Source: Candidatus Krumholzibacteriota bacterium
Lineage (GTDB): Bacteria; Krumholzibacteriota; Krumholzibacteriia; JAJRXK01
Reading direction: 5' to 3'
Length of the DNA stretch: 64,000 bases
NCBI GenBank assembly: GCA_963727455.1
Contig: CAVSGG010000009.1
Location: forward strand, 384,001 to 448,000
The number at the start of each line of letters is the position of its first letter. Within the stretch, counting starts at the first letter, position 1. Positions 53,213-63,725 of this stretch are shown piece after piece. The notes below the pieces were generated by a model, which saw nothing but the letters and a program-made list of their open reading frames with translations, made no database searches and was not told the DNA's origin. Both the position numbers and the translations under genes were made by a program.

Positions 53213-55098
53213 ATGACGTTTCTTGATCCGGCGCTCTTCTTCTTGGCACGGCGCTCTCGGTTGCAGTTTCCGTCCTCTGGGTGAGACGCAATCTAGCGCG
53301 CGGTCTCGCCACAGCTCTATGTTCGGGCATCGTCGGCTGGGTAGGCCTGGTCGTTTCCGCCCAGCTCCTACTCTCCTTCTTCGGCCAATTGCACCCCTTT
53401 GAAGCGCATGGCCTCGTGACGCTGGCTGCAGCCGGGATGTTCTGGAGGCTGGCGCGTTCGCAGAGTACCGCGCCCAAGGACGAGATGATCCCGCGGGAGA
53501 GCTTCTCACTGGAGAGTGGGGTCGTGGCGTTGGGCGCCATCCTCATCGCCGTTCCACTGGCCCAGGAACTGATCAAATCACTCGCAAGAGCGCCCTGGGA
53601 CGGAGACAGCCTCCTCTATCACCTCCCCCTTCTGCTGGATACCTATATAAAGGGGCACATCTTCGACCTCTCAGCACCCTTCGGACACAGTCCACCCTAT
53701 GCCGAGCTTGCGGGCGGTTGGTGGTGGAGCACGAAGTGGCACGACGCGCTGATGGCCCTTCAGAACCCCCTTGCGTATCTGCTCCTGGCCTTCGCGCTGG
53801 TCAGACTTTGTGAAGTACTCGAGATACGCAGAGGAGTAGCCTGGCTCACGGTGGGGGTGTACTTCGAAACTGCGCGCGCGATTCAGCGCCAGGCTACGAC
53901 GCAGGAGAGCGATCTGTGGGTGGCGGCTCTCCTGCTCGCGGGCTTGGCGTGGTGCCTGGGACCGCTCGACAGCCGCCGCGATCGAATCATGGCTGGGATG
54001 AGCCTGGGCCTGGCCATGGGCTGTAAGCACCTCGGTCCCTTTTTCGTAATCGTGGTGCTGGTCTCGAGCCTCCTTGCGCGCAGCCTGCGTGGTCAGGAGG
54101 CCGTTTCCCTCAAACGACTGATTCCCGTTGCCGGGATCGCGTTAGCCCTGGGGTGCATTCCCTTCGCCCGCAATTGGATCCTCACGCAGAACCCGTTCTA
54201 TCCCGGGAGAGTAGGCATTTTCGGATTCACTATCTTTCCCGCCTCGAGTCACAGCAGCATTTACGGGGTCCACGATTTCACCTCGGTGTGGCCGTATCTG
54301 CGTGACTCGGCGCAAGGACGCGCTCTGTACCTGCATGCCCTAAAGGACCATCTAGGGATCCTCCCGCTCCTCGGTCTCGTCCTTGTTCCACTGGTGCTGT
54401 TCGCCCGGCAGGAAAGAAGAACGTCTCTCGCGCTCGTCGTGAGCATCATCCTCATGGTGGCGATCCTCTTCAACATTCCGGCATTCTTGAAGGACCCGCT
54501 TGGAGAGACGCCTGATTGGCTTCGCGAGGGCTACTCGCTAGCTCGCTTCGGCCTAGCGCCCTACAGCTTGCTGGTGGTCTTCGTGGCCTTCGGCGTCGAG
54601 CTGATCGTACGGCGTTTCGGAAACAAGGAGCGCACCATCGAAAGCCGGGCTCTTCTGCGCATGGGGACAGTCCCCGCGCTGCTGGCCGGAGGGTTCGTCG
54701 CCCTGGCGTGCACGGTGATCGCATTCAGTCCCGCTCTGCAGGCCGCCAGGGAACACTCCCGCGCGGAAAGACTCCAGGAGCTTACCGGATGTACGCCCGA
54801 GGAGCTCGCGGCGTGGAGGACATGGAATCAGAACTTGTCTCACCGAGAGCTGGTCGTTCACGGAGTGTATCCATGGTTTTTTGCCGGCAGCGATTTTTCC
54901 AATTACCTGCGTCGCCCCGACGCTTCGCGAGTTCCTCTCGCTCGGATAGAACTACCGGCTGCAACGAGGGCCTTGGTCTACTTCCAGACTCCGAGAAGTG
55001 CAGCGCGCCTTCCCCGCGTACTCAGGGAACTTGGAATTCCCTCCACCTCGAAGGCCGCACTGACTCAGGGGCGCTTCAAGCTATGGAATTTTCGATAG
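53213..55098 (+). CDS. Polytopic membrane protein, probable GT-C-fold (ArnT/PMT-like) glycosyltransferase
   Basis: More than 12 TM segments; WDGDSLLYHLP, ESDLWVA, GLAMGCKH and RNWILTQNPFYP. ATG 53213 joins ORF 53281 via a frameshift. Confidence 0.55.
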
Positions 55099-55143
55099 GA
55101 ATTTGAAAGCGGGCAGGCGCAGCGCGGCGGTGGTAGCTCAAAG

Positions 55144-56181
55144 CTATTGAATGTCGTCTCCCCCATCACCGTAGAACTTCACGACCATCTTGCCGCCGGA
55201 CTTCACAAAGCCACGGTACATTCCAGGTGTATTGAAAACCATCGCGATGTTACCATTCTTGTCCAAGGCGATCAATCCGCCCTCAGCGTGCTGCTGCATG
55301 AGTTCTCCATGAACGATGCTCTTGGCGGCCTCTTTCAAACTCATCCCTCGATATTTCATCAGAGCCGCAAGGTCGTAAGCGACTACGTTTCGGATGAAGT
55401 ACTCCCCCTGCCCGGTGCAGGACACGCCACAGGTCTCGTTGCTCGCGTAAGTTCCGGCGCCGATGATGGGCGAGTCCCCGATACGCCCCCAGAGCTTTCC
55501 CGTCAGGCCTCCCGTGGAGGTACCCGCGGCGATGTTTCCATTTTTGTCCAGGGCAACGCAGCCCACGGTTCCGTGCTCCTTCACTTCACCGCCTGATTCC
55601 GTCTCACTCTTCTCTTTCATCCGCTGGAGCGCGTCCCAGCGCCTCTGCGTCCAGAAGTAGACCGGTGACACGATTTCGAGGCCGTGCTGGGCCGCGAAGG
55701 TCTCGGCTCCCCTTCCCGAAAGCATGACGTGCTTGGACTGCACCATCACGGCTCGCGCAGCCGCGATGGGGTGCTTGATCGTCGTCACGCCCGCGACCGC
55801 CCCCGCGTTGCGGTTGCTGCCATCCATGATCGAGGCATCCATCTCGTTCTTTCCCTCGGCCGTGAACACGGCGCCGCGTCCCGCGTTGAAGAGGGGAGAA
55901 TCCTCCAGCACCTCGATGACCGCCTGCACCGCGTCCAAACTCGACCCGCCGTCCTTCAAAATCCCCTCACCCGTCTTCAGGGCCTCGGTGAGTTTGTCGC
56001 GATAGGCCTTCTCCTTCGCCGCATCCATGTTCTTCTTGAGAATGGTGCCCGCACCGCCATGGAGTACCAGAGCATAGTCGGGAGCTTCGGGAGACTTTGC
56101 GCAGGCGCAGAGGCAGAGCATGGCGAGGAGCAAGAGAATGCTCCACCTGGGTACAACTCGACCGTTTGCGAGATTGGTCAT
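55144..56181 (-). CDS. iaaA: Isoaspartyl peptidase / L-asparaginase (Ntn hydrolase) with lipoprotein-like signal
   Basis: LHGGAG, LEDSPLFNAGRG, nucleophile HG|TVGCVA, TSTGG and GRIGDSPIIGAG. Confidence 0.9.
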   Translation of the reverse strand: MTNLANGRVVPRWSILLLLAMLCLCACAKSPEAPDYALVLHGGAGTILKKNMDAAKEKAYRDKLTEALKTGEGILKDGGSSLDAVQAVIEVLEDSPLFNAGRGAVFTAEGKNEMDASIMDGSNRNAGAVAGVTTIKHPIAAARAVMVQSKHVMLSGRGAETFAAQHGLEIVSPVYFWTQRRWDALQRMKEKSETESGGEVKEHGTVGCVALDKNGNIAAGTSTGGLTGKLWGRIGDSPIIGAGTYASNETCGVSCTGQGEYFIRNVVAYDLAALMKYRGMSLKEAAKSIVHGELMQQHAEGGLIALDKNGNIAMVFNTPGMYRGFVKSGGKMVVKFYGDGGDDIQ

Positions 56182-56198
56182 GGTCTCACCCTCGCCTT

Positions 56199-57578
56199 CT
56201 AGGCGTCATTTACCCAAACCGTGTGCACGTTCACGAACTCACGGATGCCGTGGATCGAGAGTTCACGCCCATAGCCCGAATCGCGCACACCACCGAATGG
56301 CATTCGCGGATCCGACTTCGACATCTCGTTCACGAAGGCAGCTCCGGTGCGCAGCTCCTCGTTCGCGATGCGTTCCCCTCGGCTCAGATCCCTGGTCCAT
56401 ACCGAGGCGCTCAGACCGAACTCGCTGTCGTTGGCGAAGTCGATGGCCTCCTGTTCGCTCTCGGCTCGGATCAGCACGGCCACCGGGCCGAAGATCTCCT
56501 CGCGCCAGGCCGGCATCTCCGGACGCACTCCACCCAAAACCGTCACCGGATAGAAGGCGCCGGGGCCTTCCGGTATCTCTCCACCCAAGATCAGCTGTGC
56601 CCCCGCCTCGACACTACGCTCGACCTGGTCATGGAGCGCGTCGCGCAAATCCAGCCGCGCCAATGGGCCGATGGCAGTGTCTTCCAGCTCGGGATCGCCC
56701 ACTTTCAAGGAGCGCGCCGCCTTCATGAACTTCTTCACGAATTCCTCGTAGACTTCCTCGACGATGATGAAGCGCTTGGCGGCGATGCAACTCTGTGCGC
56801 TGTTCTGATAGCGGCTTGCGATTCCGACCTCGACCGCCCGGTCGATGTCCGCATCGTGGAGCACGATGAAGGGATCGGAGCCACCCAGTTCGAGCACGCA
56901 TTTCTTCAGCGCTCTTCCCGCCTCGGCCGCGATGGCTCGCCCGGCTCTCACGCTGGCGGTGACGCTGACAGCGGCAATTTGGGGATCATGAACGAGAGCG
57001 TTGGTCAGGGGAATGTCCAGAATGAGCGAGCGGAAGAGATGCTCGGGAAAACCCGCATCCCGCATGAGTTTCTCGATCGCGAGTGCGCAGCCGAAGACAC
57101 TGGGAGCATGCTTCAGGAGGATCCCGTTGCCCGCCATCAAGGCCGGAGCCGCACAGCGAAACACTTGCCATAAGGGATAGTTCCAGGGCATGACGGCCAA
57201 GACGAGGCCCAGAGGCTGGTAGGAGACGAAGCTATGCCGCGCATCGGTTTCCACCTCGTCCGGTGCGAGGAAACCCTCGGCGTGCTCCGCGTAATACTCG
57301 CAGACCCAGGCGCACTTCTTAGCCTCGGCCACCGCCTGGCTGCGGGGCTTGCCCATTTCGTGGGTCATCAAGTCGGCGAGTTCATCGCTGCGGGAACGCA
57401 GTAGCTCAGCAAGCGCGCGCATGGGCTTCGCGCGCTGCGCGACCGGTGTCTCGGCCCATGAGCTCTGGGCGCGCGTACACTGTTTCAGAAGGTGCCGGAG
57501 AGTGTCTGCCGACATCTCCTCGTACTGGCCGATCATCTCACCCGTGACCGGATTGATGCTGTCGAACACCGTGCTCAA
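56199..57578 (-). CDS. sad: NAD-dependent succinate-semialdehyde dehydrogenase (Sad-like ALDH)
   Basis: MPWNYPLWQV, LELGGSDPF, QSCIAAKRF, EEIFGPV and PFGGVRDSGYGRE. Confidence 0.85.
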   Translation of the reverse strand: MSTVFDSINPVTGEMIGQYEEMSADTLRHLLKQCTRAQSSWAETPVAQRAKPMRALAELLRSRSDELADLMTHEMGKPRSQAVAEAKKCAWVCEYYAEHAEGFLAPDEVETDARHSFVSYQPLGLVLAVMPWNYPLWQVFRCAAPALMAGNGILLKHAPSVFGCALAIEKLMRDAGFPEHLFRSLILDIPLTNALVHDPQIAAVSVTASVRAGRAIAAEAGRALKKCVLELGGSDPFIVLHDADIDRAVEVGIASRYQNSAQSCIAAKRFIIVEEVYEEFVKKFMKAARSLKVGDPELEDTAIGPLARLDLRDALHDQVERSVEAGAQLILGGEIPEGPGAFYPVTVLGGVRPEMPAWREEIFGPVAVLIRAESEQEAIDFANDSEFGLSASVWTRDLSRGERIANEELRTGAAFVNEMSKSDPRMPFGGVRDSGYGRELSIHGIREFVNVHTVWVNDA

Positions 57579-57592
57579 TTACCCCACCAGCT

Positions 57593-59800
57593 TCATTCAG
57601 TGTCTGGAAACATCTCCTCGAATTCGGGTTCCCCGTGGAGCGAAGTCAGCTCCGGATCGTGCCGGGCCCACACCGGATCCTTGAACCCGGCGTCGGTTGC
57701 CTTACGCAGAGCCTGCAAGGCTTTGGGCTTGTTCTCCAGGATCGCAAAGACACAGCCGACGTTGTAGAGCACCATGGCGTCGTTGGGGCGCAAGGCCATG
57801 GCGAGGCTGGCCTCGCGCTCCGCCTCCTCGGACCTCTTCAGGTCTGCATAGTCTCCTGCGAGGAGAGTGCGAACCCGGGCATCTTCCGGCACGGTCTTCA
57901 AGTGCTTCTCGTAGATTTGTACTTCTCTCTGAACATGATTGTGCAGTCCCTCCTTCTTCCCCAACGCACCGAGAGCATTTCGGATGGGCACGTACACGTT
58001 GTAATTTTCCCCGGAGTGAGCGATCGCTGTCTCTGCCAGATCGACCAGCTCCTGGTAGCGTCCGGCTGCGAACAAGGCCCGTCCCAACAAGTAGTAGGCG
58101 CCCTCGCAATCGGGCTTGATTTCGATGGCCGCGCTCACCCGGGTCGCGGCCTCGGCGTAATTGTTCTCGACATAGGCTACCCAGGCCTGCGCCACGAGGA
58201 TCTCCGGAAGATCCTTGCCCTGCGCGCTGGCTTTCTCGGTGGCCGTGATGGCCCTCTGCAGCCAGGACTGGGCCCGATCAAAGTGATAGTGGTACTGCGC
58301 ACAGACGTTGGCGATGGCAGCGTGAGCCAGTGCGAACTGGGGATCCAGCGCGACCGCGTTCTCGTACATCTGCAACGCGAATTCCAGGTCCTGTCGCGAG
58401 AGACGGCGGGCGAAGTTCCGGCCCCGCAGGTAAAGGTCGTAGGCCTGCAGGTCGTCGGTGGGCTTGGCAGCCAGCGCCTTCTGCTCCTGGGGTGACAGCG
58501 TCACGCGCAAAGCCTCGGCGATCTTGCGCGCGATCTCGTCCTGAACTTCGAAGACGTCCTTCATCTCGCGATCGTAGCGCTCGGACCAAAGCGGAAAGTC
58601 GGTTTGGGTATCCACCAGCTGGGTGTTGATGCGCAAGCGCGTCCCGGCACGACGGACGCTGCCCATCAAGACGTACGCCGCGCTGAGCTGCTGCCCGATT
58701 TGCGCCGGCGTCACTTGCTTGTCGCGGAAGGCGAGCACCGTTGCCCGTGAAAAGATCTTCAGGCCCTTGATCTTGGAGAGTTCGGTTACGATGTCCTCGG
58801 TGATGCCGTCGCGGAAGTACTCGTCCTCCTTGATCCCGCTCAGATTTTCGAAGTACAGCACAGCAACCGATTTTTCAGCCAATCCAGACGTAGTACCCGC
58901 ATGGGAATCGCTCAGAGAGGGCACGCTCCGCGTTCCCGATTCGAAATCGCGCTTGAGCCGGCGCAGGTCCGTCTTGAGATCGGTGGCGGTCTGGTAGCGC
59001 AGGTTGCGGTCCTTCTCCAGAGCCTTGCCGATGATACGGCTCAGCTCGGGGGGAAGGCCCGGATTGATCTGATCCAGATCCTCGGGCTCGCGATTCAAAA
59101 TGGCGTCGAAAACGACCGCCGAGGTGTCTCCCTGGAAGGGCAACTTGCCGGAGGCCATCTCGTACATGACCGCGCCCAGAGAAAACAGATCCGTGCGCGC
59201 ATCGGTGAGCTGTCCGCGCGCCTGCTCGGGGGACATGTAGGAGACCGTGCCCAAAGTCGAACCGGCCATCGTGAGCTCGTCGGAACGCACCACGGTCGCT
59301 GCCGCCGAACCTTCCGGCGTATTGCGTAGTTGGTCGATCTTGGCCAGCCCGAAGTCGAGGATCTTGGCCTGGCCGCGCGAGCTGATGAAGATGTTGGCCG
59401 GTTTGAGGTCGCGATGCACGATGCCCTTGGCATGCGCCGATTCGAGGGCGTCGGTGATTTCGATCGAGATCTGCAGGAGCCTCTCGAGCGGAAATCTCTC
59501 TTTGCGGATGCGATCGGCGAGGGTCTCTCCCTCCAAGAGTTCCATCACGATGAATTGCTCGCCATCGTGCTGTTCGATGGCGAAGACAGTGCAGATGCCG
59601 GGATGATTGAGGGCCGAGGCGGCGCGCGCTTCGCGCTGGAAGCGCTGCAGGGTGGAATCATCCTTCGCCAATTCGCTCGGGAGGAACTTGAGCGCTACCT
59701 GGCGCCCTAACTGTTCGTCCTTCGCCTCGTATACGATCCCCATCCCACCACTCCCCAACTTGGCGGTGATGAGGTAATGCGAAACCCGCTGACCGATCAT
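57593..59800 (-). CDS. Ser/Thr protein kinase with TolB-N-like domain and TPRs
   Basis: [29 protein letters not shown]; [11 protein letters not shown]...[10 protein letters not shown]; C-terminal TPRs and YNVGC. Confidence 0.9.
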   Translation of the reverse strand: MIGQRVSHYLITAKLGSGGMGIVYEAKDEQLGRQVALKFLPSELAKDDSTLQRFQREARAASALNHPGICTVFAIEQHDGEQFIVMELLEGETLADRIRKERFPLERLLQISIEITDALESAHAKGIVHRDLKPANIFISSRGQAKILDFGLAKIDQLRNTPEGSAAATVVRSDELTMAGSTLGTVSYMSPEQARGQLTDARTDLFSLGAVMYEMASGKLPFQGDTSAVVFDAILNREPEDLDQINPGLPPELSRIIGKALEKDRNLRYQTATDLKTDLRRLKRDFESGTRSVPSLSDSHAGTTSGLAEKSVAVLYFENLSGIKEDEYFRDGITEDIVTELSKIKGLKIFSRATVLAFRDKQVTPAQIGQQLSAAYVLMGSVRRAGTRLRINTQLVDTQTDFPLWSERYDREMKDVFEVQDEIARKIAEALRVTLSPQEQKALAAKPTDDLQAYDLYLRGRNFARRLSRQDLEFALQMYENAVALDPQFALAHAAIANVCAQYHYHFDRAQSWLQRAITATEKASAQGKDLPEILVAQAWVAYVENNYAEAATRVSAAIEIKPDCEGAYYLLGRALFAAGRYQELVDLAETAIAHSGENYNVYVPIRNALGALGKKEGLHNHVQREVQIYEKHLKTVPEDARVRTLLAGDYADLKRSEEAEREASLAMALRPNDAMVLYNVGCVFAILENKPKALQALRKATDAGFKDPVWARHDPELTSLHGEPEFEEMFPDTE

Positions 59801-59985
59801 CGAGTGTCCCTTTTTCAAAGAGTGAATCGGACTCGCGAGTCGTTTGCCTCGCAGGATAAAAAGACAATCAAAGGGTGCGCGTACTCGGGCGCCATACTCC
59901 CGATCGAAGAGATTAGGTCAAATTTCGTCCCGAGGGAAGCGCTCGCCTCCTAGGCTGCGGAGAGTCGGAGGCGAAACGCCGCTGA

Positions 59986-60558
59986 TCAGCCGATCGGACT
60001 GGAGCGCTCCTCGAGGTCCGCCCTCAGTGCCGCCCTTTGCTCCGGGCTGAGTGCGGCCTCCACCTTCAGCGCATCGTAGTCCGATCCGATGGCCACCGGG
60101 GGGCGACCCTTCAGATCGAATTTCAGATACTGCACCGCACTCAGCCGATCCTCGCCCACCTGTGAGGGGTCGAATTCAGCGTAGACTTTGCTTCCATCCT
60201 CGAGCTTTAGATAGATGTGGCCGGGAAGCTCCAGCCACTGCTCCAGCTTTTTCCGGCGCTCAACGGGATCGTCGATCGTGACGAGGAGCGCGCAAGCCAG
60301 TTGTCCCTCGTCGCCGAGCAGGGCGTTGTAGGTCTCCATCTCCTCGAGAATGGCCGACTCCTTGACGATCTGCTCGGCACGCATCATCTCCTGGATCTGG
60401 TAACGAATGGTATCGGCATTCTCGAAGAGGAAGACGAGGTTCTCTCCCACCGCGATTCGGCGCGGCTTCTTGACCGGTAGAATCTTCTCCCGCATTTCAT
60501 CACGCACATCGGTGTAGCTCTGGTAATCGAGTAATTCCTCACGCTTCACTTTTCGCAT
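59986..60558 (-). CDS. DUF3501 family protein
   Basis: FLFENADTIRYQIQEMMRAE and SAVQYLKF; rubrerythrin operon context. Confidence 0.85.
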   Translation of the reverse strand: MRKVKREELLDYQSYTDVRDEMREKILPVKKPRRIAVGENLVFLFENADTIRYQIQEMMRAEQIVKESAILEEMETYNALLGDEGQLACALLVTIDDPVERRKKLEQWLELPGHIYLKLEDGSKVYAEFDPSQVGEDRLSAVQYLKFDLKGRPPVAIGSDYDALKVEAALSPEQRAALRADLEERSSPIG

Positions 60559-60607
60559 TTCGTCCGCACCTCTTCTCTTGCTTCACGATCAATCGCAGGA
60601 TCCACCG

Positions 60608-61969
60608 TCATTCTGCTTCCTTTTTGTCGTCAATCGGCTGCGAAAATCCATCCTCCTCGTAGGCGCGCGCCAGAATCGTCATGGGATGCATCGGTTTGCG
60701 GCCAGCGTGCTGCGCGAATTGGATCGCGGCCAAGGGGCAGTCGGTGCTCCAGACCTCCGCCGATTCCTGTTGGACTCCGTCGAACGCACGCTGCCCGATC
60801 CGCTTCGACGGCTCGAATCCATGGGTCGTCATCGCGAACGTCCCGTCGTGCCCGCAGCACTCCATGGTGGTCGTGGGTTTGACGCCGGGAATCTTGCGCA
60901 AGAGGTCGCGCCCCTTGAAACCGATGCCCTGAGCTCGTAGATGGCAAGGTGCGTGGTAGGCCACGGTCTCGCCCGGGCTGGACTTGAAGTCGCTGTTGAA
61001 GCGCTCCTCGTCGCGAAGGCTCCACAGATACTCGCTCGGATCCATGACCACTTCGGCCAGCTTCTTGGCCCGCTCGCGATCCTCGCCCTCGAGCAGTTCC
61101 GGATACTCGCGGCGCATCATCATGGAACAGGTGGGATTGATCGCGAGGACTTTTGCGCCCTTCTCCACGTAGGGCATGAGAAGGTCCAGGTTCACGTGCG
61201 CTTGCTTTCGCACCGATTCCAGATCACCGCGCTCCCAGGCCGGCATGCCGCAGCATTGCAGCCCTTCCACACAGCGCAGATCGACCTGGTTGCGCTGGAA
61301 AACCGCGACGGTGTCCTGTCCGATTTCCGGTTCGTTGTTTTGCACGTAGCAGGTTTGGAAGAGTACTGCCTCTCCCCCCGGCCCCTTCGAGCTGAGCCCT
61401 CTCGACTTCGCCCAGGCCTCGAAGGTGCGCGAGGCGAAGTCGGGAAGCAGTTTGCGGCGATCGACACCCAGCACCTTCTCCATGAACCAGCGATGGAGCC
61501 CCACCCGGTTCATGATGTTGGCCAGTCCGAAACTGGCTCTGGCCATGCTGCCGGCCCGATCCGGTTGAGAAAGAAGCTTGTCGCTGAGCGAAAGTCCCCT
61601 GCGCCGCGCCCGCTGCGCCTTGTAGCGGTGGACGAGCTTGGGAAAGTCGAGTTGGTATTCGTGGCCGTCACGCACCGTGTAGGGGCACTGAACCTCGCAG
61701 AGCTTACACTGGAAACAGTCGTCCATGACCGCTTCGGTATCGCTCTCGCTCAGACCGCGCACATCACCGTCGTAATTTTTGTCGATGAGTTCGAACAAAC
61801 GCGGGAAAGCATCGCAGTACTTGAAGCAGAGTCGGCAGCCATGACAGATCTCGAAGGTGCGCGTGACCTCACCCTTCAGGCCGTCTTCATCCCAGTAGCG
61901 GGGATCGGAGGGGTCGTAACAGAGTCCTTCGGTGGGTTGATAAGAGATCGGAGTGGCTGCATCGCCCAT
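60608..61969 (-). CDS. Fe-S oxidoreductase (GlpC/HdrD-like, CCG domains), rubrerythrin-associated
   Basis: CHGCRLCFKYC, CFQCKLCEVQCP, CCGMP, HAPCH, CCGHDG and DCPLA. Confidence 0.88.
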   Translation of the reverse strand: MGDAATPISYQPTEGLCYDPSDPRYWDEDGLKGEVTRTFEICHGCRLCFKYCDAFPRLFELIDKNYDGDVRGLSESDTEAVMDDCFQCKLCEVQCPYTVRDGHEYQLDFPKLVHRYKAQRARRRGLSLSDKLLSQPDRAGSMARASFGLANIMNRVGLHRWFMEKVLGVDRRKLLPDFASRTFEAWAKSRGLSSKGPGGEAVLFQTCYVQNNEPEIGQDTVAVFQRNQVDLRCVEGLQCCGMPAWERGDLESVRKQAHVNLDLLMPYVEKGAKVLAINPTCSMMMRREYPELLEGEDRERAKKLAEVVMDPSEYLWSLRDEERFNSDFKSSPGETVAYHAPCHLRAQGIGFKGRDLLRKIPGVKPTTTMECCGHDGTFAMTTHGFEPSKRIGQRAFDGVQQESAEVWSTDCPLAAIQFAQHAGRKPMHPMTILARAYEEDGFSQPIDDKKEAE

Positions 61970-61992
61970 CGACTCGCTCCCTTGCTCAGACG

Positions 61993-62025
61993 AGCGGAGC
62001 CGAAATGCATAATTCCGGCTCCGCT
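61993..62025. other. Intergenic hairpin between rbr and the Fe-S gene (possible mRNA stabiliser or attenuator)
   Basis: AGCGGAGCCG-N13-CGGCTCCGCT. Confidence 0.4.
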
Positions 62026-62046
62026 ACACAACGATCGGTTTGAACT

Positions 62047-62466
62047 TCAGCTGATGCTCTTGAGCATCTTCTCGAAACGTCCCGCGTGAGACTTCTCCGC
62101 CTTGGCCAGGGTCTCGAACCAGTCCGCGATCTCGTTGAAGCCCTCTTCGTGAGCGGTCTTCGCCATGCTCGGATACATCTCGGTGTACTCGTGAGTCTCG
62201 CCCGCGATCGCCGACTTCAGATTGTCCATCGTATCGCCGATCGGAGCATCGGTGGCCGGGTCGCCGGCGGGCTTGAGATAGTCGAGGTGGCCGTGCGCGT
62301 GACCCGTCTCACCCTCGGCGGTGTCACGGAAATTCCCCGCGACCTCGGGATAGCCCTCGACGTCGGCAACCTTGGCCATCCAAAGGTAACGCCGATTGGC
62401 CTGGGACTCGCCCGCGAACGCGGCTTTCAGATTTTCATGGGTCTTGCTCCCCTTGAGCTGTGCCAT
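62047..62466 (-). CDS. rbr: Rubrerythrin, short form without rubredoxin domain
   Basis: NLKAAFAGESQANRRY, ETGHAHGH, GETHEYTEMYP and AEKSH; no C-terminal CxxC. Confidence 0.92.
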   Translation of the reverse strand: MAQLKGSKTHENLKAAFAGESQANRRYLWMAKVADVEGYPEVAGNFRDTAEGETGHAHGHLDYLKPAGDPATDAPIGDTMDNLKSAIAGETHEYTEMYPSMAKTAHEEGFNEIADWFETLAKAEKSHAGRFEKMLKSIS

Positions 62467-62547
62467 GGAACACTCTCCTTCATGATTATGGATGCGCTTG
62501 CATCCGAACCTCGTTGTGAGTGCAGCAGCACCCGCGAACAACACTCT

Positions 62548-63006
62548 CTACTTTCGGGAAACGATCCCATCCCCGCGTTCACGACACGAGGAGCATATCA
62601 CTTCGTACTCGATGTGCAGATCCACGAACTCGAATTCCTCACTCTCAAACGGCGAGGCCACCGGCCGCGGCATGAGGGTCTGCGGGATGTCGAAGACCTC
62701 GCCGCAGACCTTGCAGATGGCGTGATCGTGGTCCTGTAGGGTGCCATCAACCCTCAGCTTCTCGCGCGCTCCGCGAATGCGCCGGATCATGCCGGCCTGG
62801 AGGAAAGCCTCCAGGTTGGCGTAGACCGTGGAGAGGGAGAGCGATGGCATTCTGGGTGCGAGTGCATCCAGCACCATCTCCGCAGTGGGATGACGCCGGT
62901 CCTCCTCGAGAACTTCCAAGATCGCCACGCGCGACGCGGTGGGCTTGAGGCCCGCGGCGCGTAGTCGTGTAGCGCGATCAGGGCTTTGGGGCTGGTGGTG
63001 TTTCAT
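62548..63006 (-). CDS. perR: Fur family regulator, PerR-like
   Basis: HPTAE, SLSTVY, HDHAICKVCG and CSSC; first gene of the rbr operon. Confidence 0.8.
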   Translation of the reverse strand: MKHHQPQSPDRATRLRAAGLKPTASRVAILEVLEEDRRHPTAEMVLDALAPRMPSLSLSTVYANLEAFLQAGMIRRIRGAREKLRVDGTLQDHDHAICKVCGEVFDIPQTLMPRPVASPFESEEFEFVDLHIEYEVICSSCRERGDGIVSRK

Positions 63007-63037
63007 AGGAATACTTCCGACTTAGGAATCATTCCTA
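63006..63037. promoter_or_regulatory. Two 7-1-7 Fur/PerR-type operator boxes
   Basis: Perfect TAGGAAT-C-ATTCCTA (63023-63037) and degenerate TAGGAAT-A-CTTCCGA (63006-63020) at the regulator start. Confidence 0.7.
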
Positions 63038-63512
63038 TAAATAATCGCAGCTCCCCTTTCCGTCAAGGGCCCGCGAGGGCCCCGGGCGCGCTTTCGTGCC
63101 TCGCAGCCTAGGACAGGATGCAAAGAAAATAAAGGAGTTACGGATATTATTGGGGAATTGCAGAAAAAATCCTCAAGTTCTTGATCAAACGGTCGATCTC
63201 TCTTCATGAAGGACAATTGGCTTCCAGCACCGAGCACCCTCCAAGGCGGGGAGTGGGTTCGCGATGCTGGTATTGCCCCATGCGCTGCAGACACTTGGCA
63301 GCTACCGGCGGGCCCTCGGGGCATCGCGAATCCCCCTTCCCAGTGGTTTTGATCTCCGATGTGCCCTGGCTTGGATCCTGGGGGCATTCTGCTTGCTTTC
63401 TTTTCTCGAGGAATTTTCGGGAACCTCCTGGGCGTCTGAAACGCCCACTCGCGGAACCACTCTCGCGCGGGCCCGTGTCCTTCCCCTGCCTTCCGCGCAA
63501 GGGAACAAAGCG

Positions 63513-63725
63513 GTGGAGGACGATTGGGAAGAGCTCGCGCTCAGGCTGCGCACGGAGGTTCTGCGAGGAGGGATCACGAGCCTCGGTTTGCAAGGCCAGC
63601 TCGAGAACTTCGTGGAACGCTGCAACGAGGAACGGATGAGAAACGGTGACTGCGCTCGCTTCGAGCTGGTCACGCCACCGGGGGAGACGACCCCCATCCT
63701 TCAGCTAGAATGGACAGGCAATTGA
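63513..63725 (+). CDS. Small hypothetical protein
   Basis: VEDDWEELALRLR...ILQLEWTGN*, with the stop overlapping the next TTG start. Start uncertain. Confidence 0.4.
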   Translation: MEDDWEELALRLRTEVLRGGITSLGLQGQLENFVERCNEERMRNGDCARFELVTPPGETTPILQLEWTGN

